From positions 368,590,001-368,654,000 of the forward strand of contig OZ024742.1 of NCBI GenBank assembly GCA_964016885.1: a stretch of 64,000 bases of DNA, given 5' to 3'. The notes under the pieces were generated by a model, which saw only the letters and a list, made by a program, of their open reading frames with translations, ran no database searches and was not told where the DNA came from. Below are positions 63,495 through 64,000 of the stretch, piece by piece (positions within the stretch are counted from its first letter, which is position 1; each line of letters begins with the position of its first letter). Origin of the DNA: Eledone cirrhosa. Taxonomy: Eukaryota. The translations under genes and the position numbers were made by a program.

Positions 63495-64000
63495 TATATA
63501 GGGTGTGTATATATATATATATATAGGGTGTATATATATATAGGATCTGTATACATATATATATATATGTAGGGTGTGTATATATATATATATAGGGTGT
63601 GTATATATAAATATAGGGTGTATATATATATGTATATATATATATATATATATAGGGTGTATATATATATATACATATATATGGTGTATATATATATATA
63701 GGGTCTGTATATATATATATATATAGGGTGTGTATATATATATATATATATATATAGGGTGTATATATATATAGGGTGTGTACATATATATATATATAGG
63801 GTGTGTGTATATATATATATAGGGTGGGTATATATATATATATATATATATACGGTGTATATATATATCTATATAGGGTGTTTATATATATATATAGGGT
63901 TTATATATATATAGGGTGTATATATATATATATATATATATATAGGGTGTATATATATATATATAGGGTGTTTATATATATATAGGGTGTATATATATAT

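Larger units (their letters stand above)
46463..64000. repeat. (TA)n-GGGTG(TG) satellite with ~4-kb dimeric higher-order repeat (starts at 43055-43128; interrupted by PLEs; runs off the window)
   Basis: TATATAGGGTGTATATA units throughout. Rare variants recur periodically, e.g. gggcgtggaa at 47861, 52008 and 60128, and gggcgtcgaa at 55852. Confidence 0.97.

Noticed and set aside
46382-63985. Many [11 protein letters not shown] ORFs (also 41795-43054 and 14353-14840)
   Set aside because: Translations of (TA)n/(TG)n repeats with no coding signal.
47365-64000. True telomeric array
   Set aside because: No tandem TTAGGG; the GGG tracts are separated by variable (TA)n.

Overview
Repeat-saturated eukaryotic DNA with no recognisable host gene. 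The tRNA-SINE and (TA)n landscape suggests a cephalopod (Octopus-like) genome; this is inference. 1-19 kb is a nest of decayed non-LTR retroelements: Penelope-like elements (PLE), two R4/Dong-type RLE LINEs, an RTE LINE with three C-terminal C2H2 fingers, RTE-tailed non-autonomous elements and tRNA-SINEs. 19-40 kb is a ~21 kb array of a 39-bp unit (antisense frame TTTNTTTNTTTTA). 43-46.5 kb is a Nematis-type PLE. 46.5-64 kb is a (TA)n-GGGTG satellite with a ~4 kb dimeric higher-order repeat. The most notable signal is nine minimal type I hammerhead ribozyme (HHR) motifs. Several lie in ORF-less elements: a ~560-bp fold-back with back-to-back HHRs, and a ~422-bp partially tandem retrozyme-like monomer. 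In four dissimilar elements a perfect octamer (ATGCAAAT) sits about 60-145 nt upstream of the HHR. All calls come from reading by eye; no searches or folding programs were run.
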